Of a stretch of 64,000 nt of DNA, positions 29,185-39,822 are shown in pieces. Every line of letters begins with the position of its first letter. The stretch's first letter is position 1. Source of the DNA: Myxococcota bacterium (GTDB lineage Bacteria > Myxococcota_A > SURF-8); the NCBI GenBank assembly GCA_963674735.2, contig CAXXQS010000001.1, positions 32,001 to 96,000 on the forward strand. The letters run 5' to 3'. The position numbers and the translations under genes are program-made. The notes below the pieces were generated by a model. The model was not told the origin of the DNA. It did no database searches and saw nothing but the letters and a program-made list of their open reading frames with translations.

Positions 29185-30621
29185 TTACTTGTCGTCCAAT
29201 CCGGGGTAGAGTTTTTGGATACAGTCGGGGCAGATACTGTGGCTGAAGTCGGCGTCGGAGTGTGCTTTGATGTACGACTCGATCTGGTTCCAGTAGCCTT
29301 CGTCATCGCGGACTTTTTTGCAGGAGGCGCAGATGGGAATCAGGCCGGTGAGGGTTTTCACTTCTCCGAGGGCGTTTGTCAGATCCTGATTGCTGGTTTC
29401 GAGATCTTTCGTGCGTTCCAGAATCAGTTCTTCCAAGTGTTCCTGGTGCTGCAATAGGTTGGCATTCGCGGCTTTAAGCTCGCGGGTGCGCTGGTCCACC
29501 AGGCGTTTGAGGCGGCGATTGAAGGCAATCAGTGTCAGGATGATCAAAAGCGCCATCAGTCCGATAGCGGCTGCGGCAAGCAGCGTTTGACGCACCCAGC
29601 CGTAATCGGGTTCCGGCGAATATAGAAATCCCTCCAAATCATAATCCCGCTCGGTCATTCCCAAGCCGGCGCAGGTATCGGCGATGTGACGCCAGCGCCC
29701 GGCGTTCATATGCCCGACCTCGATCAATTCCGGCTGCAACAGGCTGAGCATGGTTTTAGCCTCGTGTTGCAGCAGCTTCTTCATCGATTCGGCCTCGAAT
29801 CGCAGATGGCTGCGCGATTTTTCGGTGTGATAAGTGGAGAGAATGTAGCTCACCATCTCGTCGATATGATTCATGGCATAGTCCCACCCTCGCAGACTGG
29901 CTGCCCGGAACGCCTTCACGATCTCGGGGTTCTCGGCGAGGTAGGCTTCCGTCGTGAATAGGGTGTCACCGTAAAAATCGATGCCATACGTGCGCGGCTG
30001 AATGATGGATATCGGGATGTTGCGCTGCTGCAGGTAATAAGCCTGGTCGCTGATATACGCATGATAGACGTCGGTGTTGCCGTCGATGAGATCGTTGATG
30101 TCGTAACTGATGGTCTGCCGCTTGATGTTGTCTATCGAGATGCCTTCGTTTTTAAAGACGGCCAGCAGTTCCGCCGAATCGATGCCTTCGCGCAGCATGA
30201 CCCGTTTGCCGATCATATCCTCAGGGCTCATGATGCCGCTGTCGCGCCGGGACAGGAAAATGGAGGGCGAGTGCTGAAAAATCACCGCTAGGGCGACCAC
30301 CGGCTTGCCGTTGAGGCGATGGATCAGGAGTTCCGAGTTGGCCACCCCGAATTCCGCTTTTTGGGCGAGCACCGCTTCGACCGGAATCACTTCAGGTCCG
30401 CCTTCCAGCAACTCCACATTGAGGCCGGCTTCTTTGTAATAACCCTTGATTTGGGCTGCGTAGAATCCGGCGAACTGGAATTGGTGACGCCACTTCAATT
30501 GCAGGCGCACGGCGGATCGTTTCGTGAGTGTCGGAGGAACGCTGGCAGTCGCTGTGCCGCTCGATGATACGAAGCAGAAAAGCAGCAGGGACAGGCAGGC
30601 GATGATCGTCTTGCAGGGCAT
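29185..30621 (-). CDS. NMT1/THI5-like solute-binding sensor + TM + coiled coil + C-terminal Cys4 domain
   Basis: LQLKW.HQFQFAGFYAA..KGYY; YGD.LFT; C-terminal PICASCKKVRD..GYW..IE.YI..FSHSICPDC. Confidence 0.85.
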   Translation of the reverse strand: MPCKTIIACLSLLLFCFVSSSGTATASVPPTLTKRSAVRLQLKWRHQFQFAGFYAAQIKGYYKEAGLNVELLEGGPEVIPVEAVLAQKAEFGVANSELLIHRLNGKPVVALAVIFQHSPSIFLSRRDSGIMSPEDMIGKRVMLREGIDSAELLAVFKNEGISIDNIKRQTISYDINDLIDGNTDVYHAYISDQAYYLQQRNIPISIIQPRTYGIDFYGDTLFTTEAYLAENPEIVKAFRAASLRGWDYAMNHIDEMVSYILSTYHTEKSRSHLRFEAESMKKLLQHEAKTMLSLLQPELIEVGHMNAGRWRHIADTCAGLGMTERDYDLEGFLYSPEPDYGWVRQTLLAAAAIGLMALLIILTLIAFNRRLKRLVDQRTRELKAANANLLQHQEHLEELILERTKDLETSNQDLTNALGEVKTLTGLIPICASCKKVRDDEGYWNQIESYIKAHSDADFSHSICPDCIQKLYPGLDDK

Positions 30622-30878
30622 CAACCGTTTCCTTATGCAATGGCGTCGTCGCCGGTGCCGTTCTCTCGCTTCGATGGTTCGGACTGTTCGACTTCTTTCA
30701 CTGAACGCCGTGCAGACGATAGCATGAATGCATTCCGTTGACAATGCGATGTGACGACAGGTGTTGCAGTGAACCAGAGGCGGCTACTTGTGGAAATTCG
30801 AATGACAGCCGAGAGTGGCTGGTGTAAATTAAAACCGGTTTGTCCGAATCTTTGTCCGCTGCGTTTAGTGAGGAAACC

Positions 30879-31322
30879 ATGATTCGCCCTTTTCGATCCG
30901 ATGAAACCGAGACGATGATCGATATCTGGTATGCGGCTTCCATCGAGGCTCACGCCTTTATGTCGCCTACCTTCTGGGAACGGGAAAAGAAGGCGATTCG
31001 TGAAACCTACATTCCCCTGTCAACGTCCTACGTTTACGAATCGGACGGGCGCTTTGTCGCTTTCATTTCGTTGCTCGACCCGGATGAGATCGGGGCGCTG
31101 TTCGTGCATCCGCAGTGGCAGGGACGTGGCATCGGGGCGGCGTTGATCCGGCATGCCGCCGACTTGCGCGGAACGCTCCATGTCGAGGCGTTCAAAGAGA
31201 ACCCGCGCGCGGTGTCGTTCTACGAAGGGATGGGTTTTGTTCGGGTGGAAGAAAAGGTGGAGCCGACAACCGGCCATCCGCTCGTTCGGCTGCGGCGTGA
31301 CGGCGCGGGGACGGCGGGATGA
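30879..31322 (+). CDS. GNAT N-acetyltransferase
   Basis: LFVHP.WQGRGIG, N.RAV.FY..MGF. Confidence 0.9.
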   Translation: MIRPFRSDETETMIDIWYAASIEAHAFMSPTFWEREKKAIRETYIPLSTSYVYESDGRFVAFISLLDPDEIGALFVHPQWQGRGIGAALIRHAADLRGTLHVEAFKENPRAVSFYEGMGFVRVEEKVEPTTGHPLVRLRRDGAGTAG

Positions 31323-31428
31323 GGGCCGGCTTGACAGGGGCACGATCTTGACCATACTGATAGGGTCTTTTCATGTCGATAATTAACCGCGCCGGGCGGT
31401 CGATATCAGCTCGATTGATGGGTGAAAG

Positions 31429-32517
31429 ATGACCATGTTTGAAATTCTCGCTCCGTTTCTTCGTTATTTCGAAACGCCTTTGGCCAGGGCGGGGGCCATT
31501 TGGGTGGTGTCGTTGGCCTTGGCTATGCTGCTGCGCTTTGTTATCGTCGGTATCGCCGCCGTTTTGGCAAGAAAAACCTTCACCGATTGGGACGACCGCC
31601 TGATTCTGGCCGTAAAGTGGCCGATCTTTTGGAGTGCGTTGCTGGCCGGGACGTGGTTCGCCATCGACGAGCTGACGCTGTCGGTCAATGGGTCTTACGT
31701 CGTAACGGGACTGATTAAAAGTATTGCCGTTCTGATGTGGGGAAAGGCCATCAGCCATATCGCGACCCTCGTTTTGGAGATCCTGAGCCGCAGTTCGGAG
31801 AAGTACTCGTTTATCAAACCGGCGACTCTGCCGTTGTTGCAAATCACGGTGAAGGTTCTCGTGATGGGAGGTGTGGCTTACTTCGCCTTTGTCGCCTGGA
31901 ACATCGATGTGACGGGCTGGCTGGCCTCGGCGGGGATCGTGGGTATCGCGGTAGGTTTTGCTGCCAAAGATACCCTGGCCAACCTGTTCGCCGGGATTTT
32001 CATCCTCACCGATGCGCCATATAAACTTGGTGATTTCGTCGTGTTGCGCGACGGCCAGCGCGGGATGGTAACGCACATCGGCATTCGTTCCACGCGCATT
32101 CTGACACGTGAAGACGTGGAGATCACCATTCCCAATGCCATCATCGCCAACTCGCAGATCGTGAATGAATCGAGCGGACCCCACGAAAAGCGCCGACTGT
32201 CCATCGTGGCGTCGGTTGCCTATGGCAGCGATGTCGACCAGGTGCGCGAGGTGTTGCTGAAGAGTATCGAGGGGCTTGAAAATGTCTGCAGCGACCCGTC
32301 ACCTATCGTGCGGTTTATCGAAATGGCCGATTCCGGTCTGATTTTTCAGATTCGCGTGTGGATTGATCTGCCGGTTTACAAGGGTCGCGTGATCGATGCC
32401 ATCAACACGCGCGCCTATAAAGCGCTCAATGCGGCGGGAATCGAAATTCCCTATCCCAAGCAGGATGTGTATATCCGCCAGATGGTTGAACCGCCGAAGA
32501 AATCGGACGAGGAATGA
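31429..32517 (+). CDS. Small-conductance mechanosensitive channel (MscS family)
   Basis: GIAVGFAAKDTLANLFAG, IGIRSTRI, IPNA, VAYGSD, GIEIPYP. Confidence 0.92.
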   Translation: MTMFEILAPFLRYFETPLARAGAIWVVSLALAMLLRFVIVGIAAVLARKTFTDWDDRLILAVKWPIFWSALLAGTWFAIDELTLSVNGSYVVTGLIKSIAVLMWGKAISHIATLVLEILSRSSEKYSFIKPATLPLLQITVKVLVMGGVAYFAFVAWNIDVTGWLASAGIVGIAVGFAAKDTLANLFAGIFILTDAPYKLGDFVVLRDGQRGMVTHIGIRSTRILTREDVEITIPNAIIANSQIVNESSGPHEKRRLSIVASVAYGSDVDQVREVLLKSIEGLENVCSDPSPIVRFIEMADSGLIFQIRVWIDLPVYKGRVIDAINTRAYKALNAAGIEIPYPKQDVYIRQMVEPPKKSDEE

Positions 32518-32708
32518 ACATCGGGTCGACGTGATCGGCAACGACAGGTGTTGGGTGGTGTTCCCAGGCGTGATCGGGTCGGAATCGCCAGGGTTTCAAG
32601 TGCTTCCCGGCTCGTTAATCGTCATGACAATTGAATGAAAGGATTCGATTACGAGGGATCCGAGACTTCGATTTGGCAGGTCCGAAAGCAAGCGATCAGG
32701 AGAAGGTC

Positions 32709-34040
32709 ATGGCCAACAGCCAAGATGCACCGAAACTCGACACAAACCTGCTAGAGAGTCCTAACGCGGCGATGATCGGGGTGCCGCCGGGGAGGCGCGG
32801 GTCGGTTTTATCCGAGTCTTTGACGAAAACGATCCTGCAGGAAGTACATAGGGGGATCAGGCACGTGATCCTTAAACCGCATGATGCACGGGCGGTTACG
32901 GTTACGGTGGATCTCGTTCGTCGCATAAAAAGAAACGGAATGGTCGAGGTCTCGATTTGGGATTCTGTGGGTATGTGTCGCGACGAAAAAATCCGCAGAG
33001 TGTTTGAATTGACAGATATAAAACATCTGTTGGTTGAATCACCCAAGCCTGGATATTTTATAACGGAGGCAAACGAAAGTATCGTGTTTCGCGCGTTGCC
33101 GACCGTGGACTATCTCAGCCTCAGTGATCGTATGGGTGTCGGGCGTGGTTTGACGAAAGAAGCGATTATACGGCCTTCGCATCGTTGCAATCAGCACTGT
33201 GTTTTCTGCTGGATTGAGCGCGTTCTACCGGATCTAACTCGGGAAGAACTGTTCGATACCATCCGACTGCTGGGAAATCTAGTGTTGCATAACCTCGTCT
33301 TTTCAGGTGGTGAACCGACTTTGTCCCCTTTTCTGCGGGAAAGTATCAGCTTGGCCAAGCAGTGTGGGATCCTCGATGTTGTACTGCAAACCAACGGGGT
33401 GTTGTTGGAACGGCGCGAACGAGTGGATGAACTGCTGGAGGCCGGGCTGAATTCGGTGGTGATTTCGTTGCATTCGCACAATTCGGTCGTTTCAGATTCT
33501 TTAACAGGACTTCCCGGTAGCCAGAAAAAAACAGTGGCAGCTTTTAGACATTTCATCGAAAGTCCCGCTTATGTGACGATCAGTCATGTTCTCTGCCGAT
33601 CAAATCTGGCGGATTTGCCGGATTTTGCTCGTTTTCTGTTGGAATCAACCCGGTCAAGCGGCAAGGTCATTTTTGTCAACTTGGCTTGGCCTCAACCCAT
33701 GGGTATACTCGCCGAACGTTTTGAAGAACTGAGCCCACGTCTTAACGATCTTCGCGCGCCATTGCTTGAATGCTTACGCTTATTGACTGGAACGAACGTG
33801 ATGGTTGGTGGATTTTGCTCTGCCTGTGGGATTCCATTGTGTGCCCTGGATGGACATCTCGATCTCCTGCCCATTATGGTGGAAGAGCGGCATGAAAGAC
33901 AGCAGAATGATTTTGCGGATTTGCCCGGTTGTCGAACCTGCGATTTGCATGAAACCTGTTTCGGCTTGCGACACGAGTATGTTAAACATTTCGGCGATGG
34001 TGAGATTCGTCCCATCACAAGAACGCGCAAATCTGAATAG
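32709..34040 (+). CDS. Radical SAM protein (HxsC-like C-terminus)
   Basis: CNQHCVFC, SGGEPT, LQTNG, CGIPLC, C..C....C.G...Y..FG..E.RP; start uncertain. Confidence 0.8.
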   Translation: MANSQDAPKLDTNLLESPNAAMIGVPPGRRGSVLSESLTKTILQEVHRGIRHVILKPHDARAVTVTVDLVRRIKRNGMVEVSIWDSVGMCRDEKIRRVFELTDIKHLLVESPKPGYFITEANESIVFRALPTVDYLSLSDRMGVGRGLTKEAIIRPSHRCNQHCVFCWIERVLPDLTREELFDTIRLLGNLVLHNLVFSGGEPTLSPFLRESISLAKQCGILDVVLQTNGVLLERRERVDELLEAGLNSVVISLHSHNSVVSDSLTGLPGSQKKTVAAFRHFIESPAYVTISHVLCRSNLADLPDFARFLLESTRSSGKVIFVNLAWPQPMGILAERFEELSPRLNDLRAPLLECLRLLTGTNVMVGGFCSACGIPLCALDGHLDLLPIMVEERHERQQNDFADLPGCRTCDLHETCFGLRHEYVKHFGDGEIRPITRTRKSE

Positions 34041-34132
34041 GAAAATCATAGTTTGCCATGCGGATATCTGAGCCGGGACTTGCCAGCGTAATGATTCGAT
34101 TCAGTGCTCTTACAAAGAAGGAGAAGTCGCGA

Positions 34133-35317
34133 ATGCGATGCTTTCTATTCCTGAGTGTGATTTCTCTGTTGATGATGCTGGCCTGCTCCGAAACCGATGA
34201 TTCCGTGCAGCCAGACGGTGATGCGGACGTTCAACCGGATGGCGATATGGACGAGGAGTCCGAAGGGTCGGACGACGACTTCGTCGAAGCCGAGTTCGAG
34301 GCGGAAGGCTGTCCGGCGATTGCGGCGCCTAGCGGTCGTATCACGTTCTGGTACGAAGATAGCGATCTGAATCCCATTCTCGACGCCTTCGACGAGCTGG
34401 CTGCCTATCCGGTCGATCTGACCTTGGGACTGCATCAAGGCGAGGTAGACCCCGACAGCCTGGAGGCGGCGGTTCGGCAGATGCATGAAGCCGGGTTGAC
34501 CGTCAACATCTGGCCCCTGATCGAATACGGCGAAGGTTATTTCGCGAGTGTGAAAACCATCGACCTGTTCGAAGAGTGGTACCGTGAGCTGCTCGAGCTG
34601 ACGCAGGCCCGCTGCCTGCCGGTGTCGGCTTTCGTTTTCGATCTGGAGCCGCCCATTGATACCATGTTGGAGATGCAGCGCCTGTTCGGTGAGAGCAACG
34701 GCGATACCACGGCGGTGGTGGAATTTCTGGAGGCGCAGTACGAGCCCGCCGAGTATGCCGAGGGGCGTGCGCGTATGAAAACGATGATTGCGGAGACGCA
34801 GCAGGCCGGTTACCGCGTTACCGCCAGCACCTTGTTTTTCCTCATCGAAGACCCCTTGGACGCGGACGACGATATCCAGAAAGGCTTCAGCGTGCCCATC
34901 GACGACATGGGCTGGGACGAGCTGTCGTTTCAGGTGTACCGGTCGAGTTTCAACGATGTGCTCGGATCGTTTCTGGACCCCGACACCCTGTTGTCCCCCT
35001 TTGTGGTGTACGACTATGCCCTGAGTGCGATCGAGTATTACGGCGATCTGGCGTCCTTCGACATCGGCATTGTGGGCGATGAACGCTATAGTCCCGCCGA
35101 ATTTCAGCAGGATGTGGCGGCGGCCTGGGCGGCCGGTCTGTCTTCCGCGCGGCTCAATGTCTACAGTCTGCAAGGCGTGCTGCGAGACGAAACCCGTCCG
35201 TCGCAAGACTGGCTGGATCTTTCGGAGGTTTCGTCCTCCGTCCCCGAATCGGACATGACGGTCACGATTCTGCGTTCGGTGATTCGTTCGATGGACGAAC
35301 AGGCCGCGTTGCCTTAA
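34133..35317 (+). CDS. Hypothetical lipoprotein (possible TIM-barrel hydrolase)
   Basis: Lipobox MLAC, DGD linker, FDLEP motif. Confidence 0.7.
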   Translation: MRCFLFLSVISLLMMLACSETDDSVQPDGDADVQPDGDMDEESEGSDDDFVEAEFEAEGCPAIAAPSGRITFWYEDSDLNPILDAFDELAAYPVDLTLGLHQGEVDPDSLEAAVRQMHEAGLTVNIWPLIEYGEGYFASVKTIDLFEEWYRELLELTQARCLPVSAFVFDLEPPIDTMLEMQRLFGESNGDTTAVVEFLEAQYEPAEYAEGRARMKTMIAETQQAGYRVTASTLFFLIEDPLDADDDIQKGFSVPIDDMGWDELSFQVYRSSFNDVLGSFLDPDTLLSPFVVYDYALSAIEYYGDLASFDIGIVGDERYSPAEFQQDVAAAWAAGLSSARLNVYSLQGVLRDETRPSQDWLDLSEVSSSVPESDMTVTILRSVIRSMDEQAALP

Positions 35318-35366
35318 TATATTTGACGCTAATGCGAATTTAACAAGTTTCGGGTTTCTTCCTGTC

Positions 35367-35395
35367 TTGACAGGCCAATTCGTTTTTACTATGCT
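35367..35395 (+). promoter_or_regulatory. Sigma70-like promoter
   Basis: TTGACA-N17-TATGCT. Confidence 0.6.
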
Positions 35396-35585
35396 GTAAA
35401 CGCGAAATGGCTCCACCCGTTTTCAGGGCCGTGACAAGCGGGAATGATTTCGAAGCCGTGACGGTTATTACCGATAGAGTCCGTGGTGCCGCTCCCCTGA
35501 AGAAGAATGGGGATTGTCCTTGATGATACCATCCTGTTGAATGCGTTCGTCGATTTGTACACTGGTAATCAGAGCGAGGTACTTG

Positions 35586-36440
35586 ATGATGAGTGAATGG
35601 CGTTTTGCTGTTTATCGCAACAAAGCCTGTTACGAAGTCAAAACTCTTCGATATCTATGCAGCCTGATCGCGCGCGGGTTCATCGGCCCGACGGACGAGC
35701 TGTTTGTCCGCCAGGATGGACGTTGGTATGCCGCTCAGAATCTGCCATATTTAAAGGAACACCTCAATTCGGCGCAGTTGAACACGCCGCTTATACCCCA
35801 TACAACCCCGCTGCCCTTACCGAAACTGCCGCCGTCCGCCTTGCCGCCTGCGCCATCGATGGTGAAGGCGTCACCCATCGCGAAGCTCGACACCATCCTG
35901 CAGAGCGATCTGCGCGATGTCATTCATTCGTTCGATCGTGGCCGTTCCAGCGCGGTTGCCAATCAAGCACAACCGAAAGCGTCGCTTTCGGCTTCATCTT
36001 CCACAAGTCATCCCGTCTCTGCCTCCAGCGAGTCGAAAAGTCCGTCGGCGTCCTCCGGTCGCTGGAACATCTGGCGTCCCGCCCCGGAACCCGTAGTGGA
36101 AGCCTCGCCGAAACCCGAAGAGGTGATCCGTTACACCATGAGTTCGCACACCACCCGTGATGGCCGCCGCGTGGCGCGGGAAGAGGATTGCCGGGTCAAA
36201 TTTACGCCGTTTTTTCAAGAAGAGACATCCGAAACCGCAGAAAATAAAGCGGATCGTTTACAGGCCAAGCTCAAGTCCCAATGCAAGTTCGAAACCCTCT
36301 CGCGGCGTACCGTGCTACTCGCCATTCTGCTGGTTCTGCTCACCAAATTCGCCGCGTTGTATTTCACAACCGACTTCTATCGAGAATCCGAGCCCGTACT
36401 CTTGGCGCAACTGGAGAGTCATATCCTGGAACAGAGGTAG
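35586..36440 (+). CDS. Hypothetical protein: GYF_2-like N-terminus, Pro/Ser-rich linker, C-terminal TM
   Basis: L..LI.RG.I.P.D......W..A..LP.L pattern; hydrophobic segment near the end. Confidence 0.65.
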   Translation: MMSEWRFAVYRNKACYEVKTLRYLCSLIARGFIGPTDELFVRQDGRWYAAQNLPYLKEHLNSAQLNTPLIPHTTPLPLPKLPPSALPPAPSMVKASPIAKLDTILQSDLRDVIHSFDRGRSSAVANQAQPKASLSASSSTSHPVSASSESKSPSASSGRWNIWRPAPEPVVEASPKPEEVIRYTMSSHTTRDGRRVAREEDCRVKFTPFFQEETSETAENKADRLQAKLKSQCKFETLSRRTVLLAILLVLLTKFAALYFTTDFYRESEPVLLAQLESHILEQR

Positions 36441-36564
36441 GATCGAACGGTTTCTTTCGGTTCTTTGACGAATGCGAATTCCCCGATTTCGATTGAATGC
36501 GGAAGAGGGGCCGGGTATGCTTGGTGTTCATTAGAAATGAAACCTATAGGAATAGGAGGGCGCA

Positions 36565-37092
36565 ATGGCTCTGATCAAGACGGTCAAACCGGAAGACGCG
36601 ACGGGTGTTGTGAAAGAAGCCTACGATTTCATGCAGCAGCGGGCCGGTCTGGTGCCGATGCCGATGCAGATGATGTCGGTGAGTCCCCCGATGATGTCCA
36701 CGATGATGAGCAGCATGCAACATTTCATGCAACACCCCAATCTCGACCCGGTGTTGCTGACGCAGATCCGGCTGATGACCGCCGACCGCTGCGACTATCC
36801 CTATTGTGTGATGTTCAACACCAACATCCTCAAGCAGGCCGCCGGTTTCACCGATGAGCAGGTCGCCGCGTTCATGAGCGATCCCGCCTCGGTTGCCAGC
36901 TCCGACAAAAACAAGGCCATGCTGGGCTTTGTCCAAAAAGCGATGAAGGATCCCGATGCCGTCGAGCAGGCCGATGTGGATGCCTTGCACGAACTGGGTT
37001 GGACCGACCAGGATATCTTCGATGCGACGGCGCATGCCAGCAACATGGTGTCTGCCGGGATTTTGTACCGCACATTCAAAATCGGCGAGTAA
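36565..37092 (+). CDS. AhpD/carboxymuconolactone decarboxylase-like protein
   Basis: GGAGG RBS; PEDATG.VKE.Y, C.YC motif, L..LGW.D.DI. Confidence 0.8.
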   Translation: MALIKTVKPEDATGVVKEAYDFMQQRAGLVPMPMQMMSVSPPMMSTMMSSMQHFMQHPNLDPVLLTQIRLMTADRCDYPYCVMFNTNILKQAAGFTDEQVAAFMSDPASVASSDKNKAMLGFVQKAMKDPDAVEQADVDALHELGWTDQDIFDATAHASNMVSAGILYRTFKIGE

Positions 37093-37235
37093 CCCGTTTT
37101 TTTACAATTTGGGTGGGGGACGACGATTCGATAGGACCGGCGAGAGCGGGTGATGATTTTGGTCGTTTCTTTTTCTCGCCGGATCGGGTAAAGTTGCACT
37201 TGAACAGACAATCATTTGCCGGGTGGGAGGATACG

Positions 37236-39597
37236 ATGCAAGGGCCCTTGAAGCCGGAGCTTCTGGAAAAAATGGATGCCTACTGGCGCGCCGCCAATTA
37301 CCTGTCGGTCGGCCAGATTTATCTGCTCGCCAATCCGCTGTTGAAAGCGCCGCTCAAGGCGGAGCACGTCAAGTCGCGGTTGCTGGGACACTGGGGTACC
37401 ACCCCCGGCTTGAATTTCATTTATGTCCATATGAACCGCATCATCAACGAGCGCGACTTGAATGCCATTTACATCACCGGGCCCGGTCACGGCGGTCCCG
37501 GTCTGGTGGCCAATACCTATCTGGAAGGGGTTTACAGCGAGGTCTACCCCGACATCTCCATGGATGAAGAGGGGATGGGCAAGCTGTTCAAACAGTTTTC
37601 CTTTCCGGGCGGCATTCCCAGCCATGTTGCGCCCGAAACACCCGGATCGATCCACGAAGGGGGAGAATTGGGGTATGCGCTGGTCCATGCCTACGGCGCG
37701 GTTTTCGACAATCCCGACCTGCTGGCCTGCTGTGTGGTGGGCGACGGCGAAGCCGAAACCGGTCCACTGGCGACCAGCTGGCATTCCAATAAGTTTCTCA
37801 ACCCCGCACGTGACGGCGCGGTTTTGCCCATCCTGCACCTCAATGGCTACAAAATCGCCGGGCCGACGGTTCTCGCCCGTCTGGACGATGAAGAACTGGC
37901 GCACCTTTTCAAGGGATACGGTTACACCCCGCATTTTGTCGAGGGCGACGACCCGCCCCTGATGCACCAGCAGATGGCCGCCGTGTTGGATGCCGCGATG
38001 GATGAGATTCGCGCTATCCAGGAACGCGCCCGCCGCGAAGGTTTCACCGGTCGTCCGGCTTGGCCCATGATCGTGTTGCGCAGTCCCAAGGGCTGGACCG
38101 GTCCCAAGGAAGTGAACGGCAAGCTGATCGAAGGAACCTTCCGCGCCCACCAGGTGCCGCTGGCGAAGGTGCGCCAAGACGAAAAGCAGATCAAGGCTTT
38201 GGAAGTATGGATGAAAAGTTACCGTCCCGACGAGCTGTTCGAGGCGGATGGATCGTTCAAACCGCAGTTGATGCAATTGGCTCCTCGGGGTGAACGTCGC
38301 ATGGGTGCCAATCCATGTGCCAACGGCGGTTTGCTGTTACGGGATCTGCGTCTGCCCGATTTCCGCGAGTATGCCGCCGATGTTGTGCAGCCGGGAACCA
38401 CAGTTGCCGAGGCGACGCGTTTGCAGGGCGATTTCATACGGGATGTTCTGCGCAAGAACGCCAAAGCGGCCAATTTTCGCGTGTTCAGTCCCGACGAGAC
38501 GGCTTCCAACCGTTGGGGCGCGGTGTTCGAGGTCGAGAACCGCATGTCGGTGGCCAAGATCCTCGATATCGACGAACACGTTACCCCCGACGGGCGGATC
38601 ATGGAGGTGCTGAGCGAGCACATGTGTCAGGGGTGGTTGGAAGGCTATCTGCTTACCGGACGGCACGGATTTCTCTCCTGCTACGAGGCCTTCATTCACA
38701 TCATCGATTCCATGTTCAACCAGCACGCCAAATGGCTGAAAAGCTGTAGGGAAATTCCCTGGCGGCGCAGCATCGCTTCCTTGAATATCCTGCTGACCTC
38801 GCATGTGTGGCGGCAGGATCACAATGGTTTCAGTCACCAGGATCCGGGCTTCATCGATCATGTCGTCAACAAGAAGGCCTCCATCATTCGCGTGTATCTG
38901 CCGCCCGACGCCAACACGCTGTTGTCGGTAACCGACCATTGCCTGCGTAGCCGCGACTACGTCAACGTCATTGTTGCCGGCAAACAGCCCGCTCCGCAGT
39001 GGTTGAATATGGATCAGGCGGTGAAACACTGTACCGCCGGACTGGGCATCTGGGAATGGGCCAGCAACGACGAAGATGGCGAACCGGATGTGGTGATGGC
39101 CTGCTGCGGCGACGTGCCGACCGAAGAAACGCTGGCGGCGGTGGACTGGCTGCGGCAGCGTGTTCCCGAGTTGCGGATCCGCGTGGTGAATATCGTCGAT
39201 CTGATGACCTTGCAGCCCCAGTCGGAACATCCGCATGGGGTATCGGATCGCGACTTCGATAGCCTGTTCACCTGCGATAAACCCATCATTTTCGCCTTTC
39301 ACGGCTATCCCTGGCTGATTCATCGGCTGACCTACCGCCGCACCAATCACAAGAATCTGCATGTGCGCGGTTACAAAGAGGAAGGTTCCACCACGACCCC
39401 CCTTCGATATGGTGGTGCTCAACGATCTCGACCGTTTCCATCTGGCCATGGATGTCATCGACCGGGTGCCCAAGCTGGCACCCCGTGCCGCCTACCTCAA
39501 GCAGGAATTGCGAGATCGTCTGATCGAGCATACGCACTATATCGAACGCTATGGCGAAGACATGCCCGAGGTGCGTGAGTGGAAGTGGTCGTTATAA
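37236..39597 (+). CDS. xfp: Xylulose-5-P/fructose-6-P phosphoketolase, apparent +1 frameshift at C6 run 39397-39402
   Basis: [44 protein letters not shown]; C-terminus (PFDM..LN.LDRFHL..W.W) continues in another frame to 39597. Confidence 0.92.
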
Positions 39598-39822
39598 TAC
39601 GAGTGTGTTCACAACCGTTTTTCATGGCTGAAGTGGATGGCCTGTAAGGGGTTCGGAAGGAGGGGAGGGTGCCTTGATCCTTTTTCCGGATTCGTTCGTT
39701 CGTGCTTGTTCTGCCACTTCCAATTTTCCTATAAATACGAAAAATTAAATAATATGTGGACCTACTTTTAGCGGTTGTATATATTGGCGAGGAAATGCGA
39801 ATTCTGACTAAAGTGTAAAACG

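Noticed and set aside
39390-39410. Programmed frameshift or phase variation in xfp
   Set aside because: The same ACCCCCCTTC +1 context also breaks the PEGA gene (63095-63100), and A/T runs break the CSLREA gene; systematic homopolymer sequencing error is more parsimonious
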